From Alteribacillus bidgolensis (lineage in GTDB: Bacteria > Bacillota > Bacilli > Bacillales > Marinococcaceae): 24,000 nt of DNA. Below the pieces are notes generated by a model, which worked only from the letters and a program-made list of their open reading frames with translations, made no database searches and was not told the origin of the DNA. Positions 1 through 9,009 of the stretch are shown here, one piece after another; the first letter of the stretch is position 1, and each line of letters starts with the position of its first letter. The stretch is taken from the NCBI RefSeq assembly GCF_002886255.1, contig NZ_KZ614149.1:476646-500645 (forward strand), given 5' to 3'. A program made the translations under genes and the position numbers.

Positions 1-1
1 T

Positions 2-229
2 TTTGGGCACGGCCTTGGACACGGTTTAGGGATGGAGGTTCATGAAGGGCCGCAGCTCTCTCCTAAAGGCAAAAATATATTGAAACCGGGAATGGTTGTA
101 ACCGTTGAACCTGGTATTTATGTTCCTGAGGTTGGGGGAACTCGTATTGAAGATGATATTGTGATTACGAAACAGGGGAATGAAAGACTTACCCGTTCTC
201 CAAAAGAATTAATCATAGTTGGAGAATGA
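2..229 (+). CDS. Xaa-Pro dipeptidase/aminopeptidase, M24 family (3' fragment; 5' end outside window)
   Basis: The frame is open from the window edge: [17 protein letters not shown]...[23 protein letters not shown], matching the C-terminal metal-ligand motifs of M24B peptidases. B. subtilis has the Xaa-Pro peptidase yqhT/papA directly upstream of efp. Confidence 0.85.
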   Translation, partial: FGHGLGHGLGMEVHEGPQLSPKGKNILKPGMVVTVEPGIYVPEVGGTRIEDDIVITKQGNERLTRSPKELIIVGE

Positions 230-299
230 TTCGTATATAAACGATACCTATGTTATAGTAGAACGGAATGAATGATTTGGCAGATATGGAGGAAATGTT

Positions 300-857
300 A
301 TGATTTCAGTAAATGATTTTAAAACGGGCCTAACAGTAGAAGTAGACAATGACATTTGGCAGGTCATTGATTTTCAACATGTTAAACCTGGAAAAGGTGC
401 AGCGTTTGTAAGGTCCAAATTGCGCAGCCTTCGGACCGGCAACATTCAAGAAAAAACATTTCGTGCCGGAGAAAAAATAAACCGGGCACACATAGAACGC
501 CGCAAAATGCAATATTTGTATTCGAGCGGAGATGACCATACTTTCATGGATAACGAAACATTTGATCAACTGGAACTAACGAGTAAGCAAATTGAACAGC
601 AGCTTAACTTTTTGAAAGAAAATATGGAAGTACAAATTATAACGTACGGATCAGAAACACTTGGAGTAGAAGTGCCAAATACAGTAGAACTAGAAGTAAC
701 TGAAACAGAGCCTGGTATTAAAGGAGATACTGCTTCAGGTGGAACAAAACCAGCTGTACTTGAAACAGGCTACACGGTTCAAGTTCCTTTCTTTGTTAAT
801 GAAGGTGAAAAACTTGTTATAGATACTAGAAGCGGTGAGTATGTATCAAGGGCATAA
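300..857 (+). CDS. efp: Translation elongation factor P
   Basis: 185 aa with [12 protein letters not shown]...[15 protein letters not shown], including the conserved loop lysine in KPGKG. Length and sequence are typical of EF-P; RBS GGAGGAA lies upstream. Confidence 0.97.
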   Translation: MISVNDFKTGLTVEVDNDIWQVIDFQHVKPGKGAAFVRSKLRSLRTGNIQEKTFRAGEKINRAHIERRKMQYLYSSGDDHTFMDNETFDQLELTSKQIEQQLNFLKENMEVQIITYGSETLGVEVPNTVELEVTETEPGIKGDTASGGTKPAVLETGYTVQVPFFVNEGEKLVIDTRSGEYVSRA

Positions 858-870
858 TTATATTTTTTAG

Positions 871-901
871 AGGAGCTATTTAAAAGAATAGTTCCTTTTT
901 T
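871..901 (+). terminator. Rho-independent terminator after efp
   Basis: Stem aggagcta (871-878) pairs with tagttcct (889-896) over 8 bp including one G-U, followed by a T-run from 897. Confidence 0.7.
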
Positions 902-1252
902 CGGTTTTAGAAAAGGATAAAATTATATTTGCACATAAAGACTCGGTGGCAAGCCGTTTTTTCTACACCATTTAAACGAACATATGTTCTTGAAACGTAG
1001 TCCTCAGTTACATAAAAAAAGGAAGTTTGTCTGAGTATATGCTCTGAAGACAAAGGTGTATCCGTTGTTAAGAACCGTTACTTCTTATTGCGTCTGGAAG
1101 ATCTTTTTTCCATTTTAAAGTATTTACTCTCAATAGTTAGAAATTAAACCATTTCCCTTTTGGTTAACCCCCTTGCCATGATGTCTTTCCAGTTCTATAA
1201 AGAAAAAAGATGAATAAAGTGTACAAACAGCAGGTTGGGAGGAGGAGAAGAA

Positions 1253-2176
1253 ATGGATGACATCTTTGCGCTGTTGCCTGAAAATCTACAACAATTATTT
1301 GATAAAATTTCTAATTGGTTTTCCATAGAAGAAATTCGGATTAGAATATTTTCTCCCGTAGAGATCATAACGTCAGAAAAAGCATTTTATCTTTGTAACA
1401 ATGATAATGACCCGTATGTCATTACGGAGGAGGATATTGAATATATATTAAACCAGTTAAGCGAATTTTCGATGTATGCATTTCAGGAAGAATTGAAGCA
1501 AGGTTTCATAACGACCAGAGGAGGACATCGGGTTGGTGTCGGAGGACAAGTCATCCATGAAAAAGGGATTATACAAAGTTTAAAACATATTCGATATTTT
1601 AACATTAGAGTTGCGAAAGACCATAAAGGAGCAGCTAAGCAATATTTAGACAAGCTATATGCAAATGGTTATGACGATACATTAATCATTGGTGCTCCTC
1701 AATCGGGTAAAACAACCTTCCTTCGTGATCTTGCTAGATGTGCTAGTAAAGGTATGCCCGAAATAAATCTGCCTTCAAAAAAAGTAGCGATTGTTGATGA
1801 ACGTTCTGAGCTGGCCGCGTGTTATAAAGGAATCCCTTCTTTTGATGTTGGGCCGAGGACAGATGTGTTAGATGGCTGTCCAAAAGCTGTAGGAATGATG
1901 ATGATGATTCGATCGATGAGTCCTGAAATGATAATTGTAGATGAAATCGGGAGACCAGAAGATGCAGAAGCGATTATGGAAGCCATACATGCAGGTGTAA
2001 CGATTGTTTGTTCTGCACATGGAACTTCACTTAATGAGATTAAAAGACGTCCCATTCTACAAGAATTATTGACTAATGGAATTTTTAGTAATATTGTTAC
2101 GCTCACTCGAAGGCAAGGAGCCATGAATGCAAATATAGACAGCTTTGTAAAATGGCAAAAGGCGGCTGAAAAATGA
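1253..2176 (+). CDS. spoIIIAA: Stage III sporulation protein AA (AAA+/secretion-ATPase-like)
   Basis: Walker A GAPQSGKTT and Walker B-like IIVDEIG; first gene of an eight-gene block in spoIIIA order. ATG 1253 sits behind RBS GGAGGAGGAG (1238-1247) and is preferred over the ORF-track TTG at 1235. Confidence 0.93.
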   Translation: MDDIFALLPENLQQLFDKISNWFSIEEIRIRIFSPVEIITSEKAFYLCNNDNDPYVITEEDIEYILNQLSEFSMYAFQEELKQGFITTRGGHRVGVGGQVIHEKGIIQSLKHIRYFNIRVAKDHKGAAKQYLDKLYANGYDDTLIIGAPQSGKTTFLRDLARCASKGMPEINLPSKKVAIVDERSELAACYKGIPSFDVGPRTDVLDGCPKAVGMMMMIRSMSPEMIIVDEIGRPEDAEAIMEAIHAGVTIVCSAHGTSLNEIKRRPILQELLTNGIFSNIVTLTRRQGAMNANIDSFVKWQKAAEK

Positions 2177-2685
2177 GCTGGCTTGGTGCTTTATTTATAT
2201 TAACCGCATGCACGTGGATTGGTTTTGAAATTGCAAAAAAACTGACAGAAAGGCCGAGGCAGCTGCGCCAATTAAAAGTTGCGCTGCAAAGTTTTGAGGC
2301 AGAAATAATGTATGGAATGAGTCCGCTCGCTGAGGCAAGTGAAAAAATTAGTAAGCAGCTTCCGGCACCTGTGTCTTACTTGTTTAAATATTTTGGGGAT
2401 TATTTAAAAAACGGGGAACGTAATGCTCAAAAAGCTTGGACGAAAAGCCTTGAAGAAACATGGCCGTATACAGCTATGGGAGCACAGGAAAAAGAAGTAA
2501 TGATGCAATTTGGGTCCACGCTTGGAAAACACGAAAAAATGCAGCAGCAAAAACACATCAGACTAGCAATGGTCCATTTAGAAAAAGAAGAATCAGAAGC
2601 TAAGGAGAAACAAAACCGATATGAAAAGATGTCAAAAACACTTGGATTTTTAGCAGGATTGCTGTTAATTATACTGTTTTTATAG
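2173..2685 (+). CDS. spoIIIAB: Stage III sporulation protein AB
   Basis: 170 aa with N- and C-terminal hydrophobic segments. ATGA start/stop overlap with spoIIIAA; size and position match B. subtilis SpoIIIAB (171 aa). Confidence 0.9.
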   Translation: MSWLGALFILTACTWIGFEIAKKLTERPRQLRQLKVALQSFEAEIMYGMSPLAEASEKISKQLPAPVSYLFKYFGDYLKNGERNAQKAWTKSLEETWPYTAMGAQEKEVMMQFGSTLGKHEKMQQQKHIRLAMVHLEKEESEAKEKQNRYEKMSKTLGFLAGLLLIILFL

Positions 2686-2731
2686 TTGGATCAGTCCAGC
2701 CTCATTTTAGAGGACAAAGGGGGACACAGCA

Positions 2732-2938
2732 TTGGCCTATGATGTAAACACTATATTTCAAATAGCAGGCATTGGGATTATCGTAGCTATGATCCACACA
2801 GTATTAAAGCAAATGGGGAAAGAAGATTGGGCGCACTGGGTCACTTTAATTGGATTTGTCGTTGTTTTGTATATGGTTGCAACCATTATAGATGATCTTT
2901 TTCAAAAGATAAAAAGTGTTTTTTTGTTTCAAGGATAG
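2732..2938 (+). CDS. spoIIIAC: Stage III sporulation protein AC
   Basis: 68-aa two-TM protein ending ...DDLFQKIKSVFLFQG, close to my memory of B. subtilis SpoIIIAC. TTG start behind RBS AAAGGGGGA. Confidence 0.9.
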   Translation: MAYDVNTIFQIAGIGIIVAMIHTVLKQMGKEDWAHWVTLIGFVVVLYMVATIIDDLFQKIKSVFLFQG

Positions 2939-2944
2939 GAGGCG

Positions 2945-3346
2945 ATGGTTATTGAAATCGTGCAAGTGGTCGGTTTCGGTCTCATCGCCACTTTTTTAAT
3001 TATGGTCATTAACGAACAAAAACCTGTTATCGCATTAGCTATTGCATTAGTAACAGGAGCAATGATTTTTTTGTTTATAATGGCTCCATTGCAAGCTGCG
3101 TTAGAACTCATCTCAACTCTCTCGGGACAAGCTGGCATTAATAATATGTATATTCAAACACTTTTAAAAATTATAGGCATTGCTTATTTATCTGAGTTTG
3201 GAGCTCATATAGCAAGAGATGCTGACCAGGAATCGATTGCTTCTAAAATTGAACTTGCAGGGAAAATGATGATTATTATGATGGCGATTCCAATCTTTCA
3301 AGTATTAATTGAAACGGTACTGGCTCTTATACCCGGCGGAGCGTAA
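2945..3346 (+). CDS. spoIIIAD: Stage III sporulation protein AD
   Basis: 133-aa polytopic membrane protein behind RBS AGGAGG; size and order match SpoIIIAD. Confidence 0.9.
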   Translation: MVIEIVQVVGFGLIATFLIMVINEQKPVIALAIALVTGAMIFLFIMAPLQAALELISTLSGQAGINNMYIQTLLKIIGIAYLSEFGAHIARDADQESIASKIELAGKMMIIMMAIPIFQVLIETVLALIPGGA

Positions 3347-3358
3347 GGATGTGAAATT

Positions 3359-4561
3359 ATGGTAAAAAAAATGTCTCTATGCATCCTTTTTATCATGTTG
3401 CTTTTACCTGGAATAGACACGTATGCAGAAACAGAAAACGAAGAGAAAGTTGATGGTGAAGAAAATACTGGGATTGAAGAGTTAAAAGAACAACACTTGG
3501 AATCTTTAGGGCTGGAAGAGGTAACGAAATTTTGGGAGCAGCTGTCAAGGGAGTACGGAGTTTTTTTACCAGAATCACAAAAAGGGTCCATTAAAGATTT
3601 CTTAACTGGTGACAAGTCGTTTCATCCCAAAGAATGGGGTATAGCTTTCATTCGTTTTTCGCTGCATGAAGTAACAGCAAATGGGCAATTGATGGGGACA
3701 TTGCTGCTGCTGGCTGTATTTAGTGCGATATTAAAGGCATTACAAAATGCTTTTGAAGAGGAATCGGTTAGTAAAGCAGCATACGGTGTCATTTTCATTG
3801 TATTAATAATTATTGCCCTAAACAGTTTTTATATTGCAATGAATTATGTGCAAGAAACCGTAGCTGACATGGTCCATTTTATGATTGCTCTACTGCCTTT
3901 AATGCTTGCTCTTTTAGCTTCTAGCGGATCATTTGCTACCGCTGGTTTATTTCATCCTCTCGTTATAATGCTCGTACAATCGAGCGGTATATTAATACAG
4001 TACGTTATTTTACCTTTTTTATTTTTCTCGGCAGTACTTAGCATTGTAAGCAGCTTAAATGAACACATCAAAGTAACTAAACTTGCTGAATTACTAAGAA
4101 ATGCTGCTATGGGTGTACTGGCTGTATTTTTTACCGTTTTTCTAGGAGTAATTTCAGTTCAAGGGGCAACCGCAGCTGTAACAGATGGAATTGCTATCCG
4201 GACTACTAAATTTCTAGCAGGTAACTTTGTTCCAGTAATCGGGAGAATGTTTACGGACGCTGCAGATACAGCGCTTGGCGCATCTGTACTTCTTAAAAAC
4301 ACAATTGGACTTGCCGGTGTAGGGATACTTTTTATTATTTGTGCGTTTCCAGCTATTAAAATTTTAGTTATTGGATTTATTTTTCACTTAACGGCAGCAT
4401 TAATACAGCCTTTGGGCGAAGGTGCGTTACTTGATGCCCTTTCTACACTGGGAAAAACAGTACTTTCCATGTTCGCGGCATTAGCAGCTGTATCTTTCAT
4501 GTTTTTCCTTGCACTTACATTAATTATAGCTTCAGGGAATATTTCTTTGATGGTGAGGTGA
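3359..4561 (+). CDS. spoIIIAE: Stage III sporulation protein AE
   Basis: 400 aa with a signal-like N-terminus followed by multiple TM segments; size and order match SpoIIIAE (399 aa in B. subtilis). Confidence 0.92.
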   Translation: MVKKMSLCILFIMLLLPGIDTYAETENEEKVDGEENTGIEELKEQHLESLGLEEVTKFWEQLSREYGVFLPESQKGSIKDFLTGDKSFHPKEWGIAFIRFSLHEVTANGQLMGTLLLLAVFSAILKALQNAFEEESVSKAAYGVIFIVLIIIALNSFYIAMNYVQETVADMVHFMIALLPLMLALLASSGSFATAGLFHPLVIMLVQSSGILIQYVILPFLFFSAVLSIVSSLNEHIKVTKLAELLRNAAMGVLAVFFTVFLGVISVQGATAAVTDGIAIRTTKFLAGNFVPVIGRMFTDAADTALGASVLLKNTIGLAGVGILFIICAFPAIKILVIGFIFHLTAALIQPLGEGALLDALSTLGKTVLSMFAALAAVSFMFFLALTLIIASGNISLMVR

Positions 4562-4567
4562 ATCACA

Positions 4568-5185
4568 ATGGATTGGTTAACCAGCTGGATGAGCAATTTA
4601 ATTGTTTTTTTGCTTGCTGCGTTCTTATTAGAAATGCTGCTTCCGGCCTCATCATTGCAAAAATATGCCAGGCTGGTGCTTTCTTTTATATTAATGCTTA
4701 TAATTATTGAACCTCTTTTATCGTTAACAAATGGACAAGTAGAAGATATATGGGAGCAAGAATTAGCAAACTTGAATTTCCAGCCAATTCAATCGGCATC
4801 GATAGAATCTAACATGAATAATAAGAAAAACGAAATAGAAGAGGGACAAGATGCATATATTTCTAAACAAGTATCTAACCATCTAAGAGAACAAGTAGAA
4901 GAAACAATAAAAGAACGTTGGGGGTGGGAAATTGAAGAGCTCCAAACAGAATGGGAAGGAGACGATCCAGAAGAAATGAAGGTTTATCTTTCCCTTGCTA
5001 GATTTTCACCTGAAGAAAACAAGACGGATATTGAACCAGTAAACATTCAGGTGGAAGAAACGGAAGAAATAGATGACAAAGAAAAAATTTCAGCAATAGA
5101 ACAGGACGTATACTCGTATTTGACGCAAACATGGGAAGTAGATGAAGAACAAATTCACATCACAACAGCAAAGGAGGGGGGATAG
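4568..5185 (+). CDS. spoIIIAF: Stage III sporulation protein AF
   Basis: 205 aa with two N-terminal TM helices and an acidic C-terminal domain; RBS GGTGAGGTGA; position within the operon. Confidence 0.85.
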   Translation: MDWLTSWMSNLIVFLLAAFLLEMLLPASSLQKYARLVLSFILMLIIIEPLLSLTNGQVEDIWEQELANLNFQPIQSASIESNMNNKKNEIEEGQDAYISKQVSNHLREQVEETIKERWGWEIEELQTEWEGDDPEEMKVYLSLARFSPEENKTDIEPVNIQVEETEEIDDKEKISAIEQDVYSYLTQTWEVDEEQIHITTAKEGG

Positions 5186-5853
5186 TGGCTGAACACAACG
5201 ATAAACAAAACGTAAAAGAGCGTTTTAAAAAATGGTTCGATAAAGAAGAGAAAACAACTTCGAAAAAACCGGTTCCCATTTACCTCGTCATCATCTTAAT
5301 ATTTGGGATTATTTTAATGGTTATAGGGACTTTGGGTAAAGAAAAAGAGGAAGAACCTTCTGATCAACAATGGGTTCAAGATAAACAAGAACAAGAAGAA
5401 TCTTTAGAAGTGAATTCTAAAACGTCCGAAAAATCCGATATGTCTGATGCAGAAAGAGCTATTCAAACCAGATTAGGTGAAATGCTTGAAAAAATTTCAG
5501 GAGTTTCAGAGGTAACCGTAATGGTGAATTTACAAGGAACTGAAGAAAAAGTGTATGAAAAAGATACTACGATACGTCAACAAATTACTTCAGAAGAAGA
5601 TCGTGAGGGTGGAAAAAGAGATTTAGAAGACGGAACGAAAGAGGAACAAGTTGTGATTATAAGACAAGGTGAACAGGAAGAACCACTTCTTATTCATACA
5701 AAAAAACCAGAGGCAAGGGGGGTGCTTGTCGTTGCTGAAGGGGTGGAAGACATAAAAGTAAAGGAATGGGTGGTTGAAGCGGTAACAAAAGTAATGGATA
5801 TTCCACCGCATAAAGTATCTATATTGCCAAGGAACAGGGAGGAAGGAGAATAA
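5185..5853 (+). CDS. spoIIIAG: Stage III sporulation protein AG
   Basis: 222 aa with one TM helix, an acidic linker and a C-terminal ring-forming domain (...GVLVVAEGVEDIKVKEWVVEAVTKVMDIPPHKVSILP). GTG start overlaps the spoIIIAF stop by 1 nt; RBS AAGGAGGGGGG. Confidence 0.9.
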   Translation: MAEHNDKQNVKERFKKWFDKEEKTTSKKPVPIYLVIILIFGIILMVIGTLGKEKEEEPSDQQWVQDKQEQEESLEVNSKTSEKSDMSDAERAIQTRLGEMLEKISGVSEVTVMVNLQGTEEKVYEKDTTIRQQITSEEDREGGKRDLEDGTKEEQVVIIRQGEQEEPLLIHTKKPEARGVLVVAEGVEDIKVKEWVVEAVTKVMDIPPHKVSILPRNREEGE

Positions 5854-5855
5854 AT

Positions 5856-6521
5856 ATGGTATTAAAAAAACAAACCGTATGGTTAATGACGATGCTTAGT
5901 TTAACAATTGTTCTAGCCGTTTATTATATTACGTCGCCAAGCGAGGTCGCAGAGAACGACCCAGAAGCGGATGAAACGAGTGAAATGACTGCTGCAACAG
6001 AAGATGAAGATTGGGTAGAGTGGCTTTCAGAAGAGGATATGGAAACGGCAATTGAAGAAACAGAACCTCCAACAGAAGGGGGAGAAACTGGAGCTGAAGA
6101 GGAAGAAGAAGTTCCAGCGGAGGAAGCAGAAATACACAATGAAAACCAGGAAGCAAACACACAAGGGAACTTATTTAGTGAGCTGCGCTTAGAAAGGGAT
6201 GAATCAAGAAGCAGATTACGAGAAGAATATACGGAGGCGATTGCGTCTGAAGATTATTCTGCTGCAGAGAAAAGCGAAGTCTTTGATAAGAGAGAACAAT
6301 TGCAAGAGAAACAGCAGAATGAAAGTATGCTTGAAAGCTTAATTCAATCAGAAGGATATGAAGATGCCGTTGTCATTTCAGAAGAAGATAGAACTAGAAT
6401 TATTGTCCAGGCAGAAGAGTTAACACGAGAAGATGCAGTGATGCTAAATCGGCTTGCTGCCGAACACTTAGATGTGTCTGATGTGGTCATTGGACACCAG
6501 GCAACAGCAGCAGGACAGTAA
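5856..6521 (+). CDS. spoIIIAH: Stage III sporulation protein AH
   Basis: 221 aa with an N-terminal TM helix, a long acidic low-complexity linker and a C-terminal YscJ/FliF-like domain; last gene of the operon. Confidence 0.85.
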   Translation: MVLKKQTVWLMTMLSLTIVLAVYYITSPSEVAENDPEADETSEMTAATEDEDWVEWLSEEDMETAIEETEPPTEGGETGAEEEEEVPAEEAEIHNENQEANTQGNLFSELRLERDESRSRLREEYTEAIASEDYSAAEKSEVFDKREQLQEKQQNESMLESLIQSEGYEDAVVISEEDRTRIIVQAEELTREDAVMLNRLAAEHLDVSDVVIGHQATAAGQ

Positions 6522-6526
6522 GAAAA

Positions 6527-6570
6527 AGCCTGTGGGACAATCTAACATTGTCTTACAGGCTTAATATTTT
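6527..6570 (+). terminator. Terminator hairpin after the spoIIIA operon
   Basis: A 14-bp stem pairs 6527-6540 with 6548-6561 (two G-U pairs, 7-nt loop), followed by the AT/T-rich tract ttaatatttt. Confidence 0.7.
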
Positions 6571-6710
6571 AAATACATATTTTAAACACACATGTTTTTA
6601 TCATATAGACGTGTTTGAAGGGGATAATGAAAAATAGACTTCACCATGATATAATTTTAGTATACGTTTAAAACTTAGTGTTAACTAGCTGATGAGGAGC
6701 GATTTTATTC

Positions 6711-7079
6711 ATGGAATGGAACGATTTAACAGACGGAGCTAAAGCTGTATTAGAACAAACGCGAAACATAAAAAATGACCACATACAGATCGTTGAATTT
6801 GAAGTTGGTTTTGAGCATGAATATGGAGAAGGTGAAAACACCTATACCGTTTCCATACAAGAAGAGGATTATGAGAATTTGAAACGTTTCACTAAGGAAA
6901 ATGAATATGGAGATAAATACCATATGGCAAGAAATAAAAACATCGTAAAGATCATTTTGCTAGAAAATGGAAAAATCCCCGATAATCTTTCGGAGTTTCC
7001 TGTTTTTCGTCAATATAAGTTTGATTACGTCCAAAAACAAGCTGAAAAAGCCGAGGAAGTTAATACAGAAGAAGATTGA
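6711..7079 (+). CDS. Hypothetical acidic cytoplasmic protein (122 aa)
   Basis: Clean ORF with GAGGAG 11 nt upstream and a candidate extended -10 promoter (TGaTATAAT, 6647-6655). No family recognised; no TM or signal sequence; Glu/Asp/Tyr-rich. Confidence 0.55.
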   Translation: MEWNDLTDGAKAVLEQTRNIKNDHIQIVEFEVGFEHEYGEGENTYTVSIQEEDYENLKRFTKENEYGDKYHMARNKNIVKIILLENGKIPDNLSEFPVFRQYKFDYVQKQAEKAEEVNTEED

Positions 7080-7129
7080 TTTGGAAAGTAATTGGTGTTT
7101 TTATTGTTTAAGCCATGGAGGTGAGAAGC

Positions 7130-7525
7130 ATGAATGAATACCGCACGATTGATTTGGAAGAAGAAAAGAATGAGTTAGGTAAAATAGAAATATCTCCTGA
7201 AGTCATTGAAGTTATTGCCGGACTCGCTGCATCTGAAGTGGAAGGAGTCCACTCTTTAAGAGGTAACTTTGCTGCAGGAGTTGTGGAGCGGCTCGGTCGT
7301 AAAAATCATGGCAAAGGCGTAAAAGTGGAACTTGGCGAAGAAGGGATTACTATTGAATTATCTGTAACGCTGCGTTACGGGGTTTCTGTACCGGAAGTGG
7401 CGAGAAATATTCAGACTAATATTCAACAGGCGCTTCAAACTATGACTTCTATTACTTTAGATTCCATTAACATTCATGTGCTCGGTATCCAATTTGAGGT
7501 GCAAGATGAAGAGGGAGAACAATAA
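7130..7525 (+). CDS. yqhY: Asp23/Gls24-family envelope stress protein
   Basis: KIEISPEVIEVIAGLAASEVEGVHSLRGNFAAGV...KGVKVELGEE is the typical Asp23 (DUF322) core, and the gene sits immediately upstream of nusB as B. subtilis yqhY does. ATG 7130 behind GGAGGTG is preferred over ATG 7115. Confidence 0.9.
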   Translation: MNEYRTIDLEEEKNELGKIEISPEVIEVIAGLAASEVEGVHSLRGNFAAGVVERLGRKNHGKGVKVELGEEGITIELSVTLRYGVSVPEVARNIQTNIQQALQTMTSITLDSINIHVLGIQFEVQDEEGEQ

Positions 7526-7573
7526 ACGAGGCTTTTTATTGCAATTCATTTGCTAGTGCAGAATTATTGTTAA

Positions 7574-7626
7574 GGGGCTGATAAGTGATGGCTGGAAAAA
7601 GTGCTGTCATTGCAGCCTCTTTTTTT
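7574..7626 (+). terminator. Rho-independent terminator after the Asp23 gene
   Basis: Outer stem ggggctg (7574-7580) pairs with cagcctc (7613-7619), with an inner tgatggc/gctgtca pairing, followed by T7 at 7620-7626. Confidence 0.65.
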
Positions 7627-7738
7627 CCCTGCGAAGAAAGTATAAAATATTACTGGTGAACAAGTATAAGTAAAACTACGGCATTCAACGTACAAAATGT
7701 ATGAGTTGCGATAGTTTTTTTAAAAAGGAGAATAGAGT

Positions 7739-8137
7739 ATGAACCGACGTCTAGCACGATTAAGAGCTGTTCAGGCATTGTATCAAATGGAGCTCACAGA
7801 TGCAGGTTGGCAAGCAGCATTAAACAACTCTCTTGAAGAAGATGAAACAGCTGATGAATTTTTAACTACATCTGTAAAGGGAACGTTAGATCATTTAACT
7901 GAAATAGATAATAAGATACAAAATCACTTAGAACACTGGACTTTGGAGAGAGTCGGAAATGTTGACCGTTCTATTCTTCGAAAAGCTGTGCATGAAATGT
8001 TGTATATGGAAGATATTCCGCTGCATGTCAGTGTTAATGAGGCAATTGAACTTGCAAAAGCTTTCGGGGGCACGGAATCTGGAAAATTTGTCAATGGCGT
8101 ATTATCTAATATATTAAAACAATGTGAAAGTGATTAA
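7739..8137 (+). CDS. nusB: Transcription antitermination factor NusB
   Basis: 132 aa: MNRRLARLRAVQALYQMEL...AIELAKAFGGTESGKFVNGVL, the canonical NusB pattern; RBS AAGGAGA. Confidence 0.95.
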   Translation: MNRRLARLRAVQALYQMELTDAGWQAALNNSLEEDETADEFLTTSVKGTLDHLTEIDNKIQNHLEHWTLERVGNVDRSILRKAVHEMLYMEDIPLHVSVNEAIELAKAFGGTESGKFVNGVLSNILKQCESD

Positions 8138-8155
8138 AACAAGGAGAGGATAAGA

Positions 8156-9004
8156 ATGAGTGCAACTATTATTAGCGGAAAAGAAGTAGCTTCAAGTTTA
8201 CGAGAAGAAATCAAGAAAGAAGTGAATTCTATTAGTATTACACCAGGACTAGCTGTGATTCTTGTAGGGGATAATCCTGCTTCTAGATCATATGTGAAAG
8301 GCAAGGAAAAAGCTTCAAAAGAAGTAGGCATTTATTCAGAATTAAAAGAGCTGTCTTCTGATATATCTGAAAAAGAATTGTTGGATATAGTTGATTATTA
8401 TAACGAAAAGCCTTCCATACATGGCATTCTTGTACAATTACCTCTACCAGGCCATATTTCAGAAAAGAAAGTGATTGAACATATTTCACCAGAGAAAGAC
8501 GTGGATGGCTTTCACCCTATAAATATAGGGCGGATGATGACAGGTAAGGATGCTTTTTTACCTTGTACACCATATGGTATATTACAAATGTTAAAATATA
8601 AAAATATCCAAACCGAAGGAAAGCATGCTGTCGTAGTTGGAAGAAGCAATATTGTCGGAAAACCTGTTGGACAGCTCCTTCTAAATGAAAATGCTACGGT
8701 TACATATTGTCATTCTAGAACCCCTGACTTAGCTTCTTTCACCTCAAAAGCTGATATCTTAATTGCAGCTGCAGGCAGAGCAGAATTTATAGACGCTGCA
8801 TACGTAAAAGAAGGAGCAGTTGTCATAGATGTAGGTATGAATCGCAAAGATGACGGAAAACTTTGCGGGGATGTAGCCTTTGAAGACGTGAAAGAAAAAG
8901 CTTCGTTTATAACTCCTGTACCAGGAGGAGTAGGCCCTATGACCATTACAATGCTGCTTTATAACACTTTGCAGTCAGCAAAGAAGCATGCAGAAAGGGT
9001 TTAA
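8156..9004 (+). CDS. folD: Bifunctional methylenetetrahydrofolate dehydrogenase/methenyl-THF cyclohydrolase
   Basis: 282 aa with [37 protein letters not shown] and [11 protein letters not shown] motifs. Confidence 0.97.
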   Translation: MSATIISGKEVASSLREEIKKEVNSISITPGLAVILVGDNPASRSYVKGKEKASKEVGIYSELKELSSDISEKELLDIVDYYNEKPSIHGILVQLPLPGHISEKKVIEHISPEKDVDGFHPINIGRMMTGKDAFLPCTPYGILQMLKYKNIQTEGKHAVVVGRSNIVGKPVGQLLLNENATVTYCHSRTPDLASFTSKADILIAAAGRAEFIDAAYVKEGAVVIDVGMNRKDDGKLCGDVAFEDVKEKASFITPVPGGVGPMTITMLLYNTLQSAKKHAERV

Positions 9005-9009
9005 CTGTA

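Noticed and set aside
5924-6162. Two antisense ORFs (78 and 77 aa, Ser/Leu-rich) and the acidic low-complexity tract in spoIIIAH
   Set aside because: The antisense ORFs are mirror artefacts of the GAA/GAG-rich linker of SpoIIIAH. Acidic linkers are normal for SpoIIIAG/AH, and no nucleotide-level tandem repeat is present.
7585-7659. 23-24-aa ORF (MAGKSAVIAASFFPCEESIKYYW) with AAGGGG upstream, after the Asp23 gene
   Set aside because: It coincides exactly with the terminator hairpin and T-run, which explains the sequence, and there is no other support. It could be revisited if conserved.
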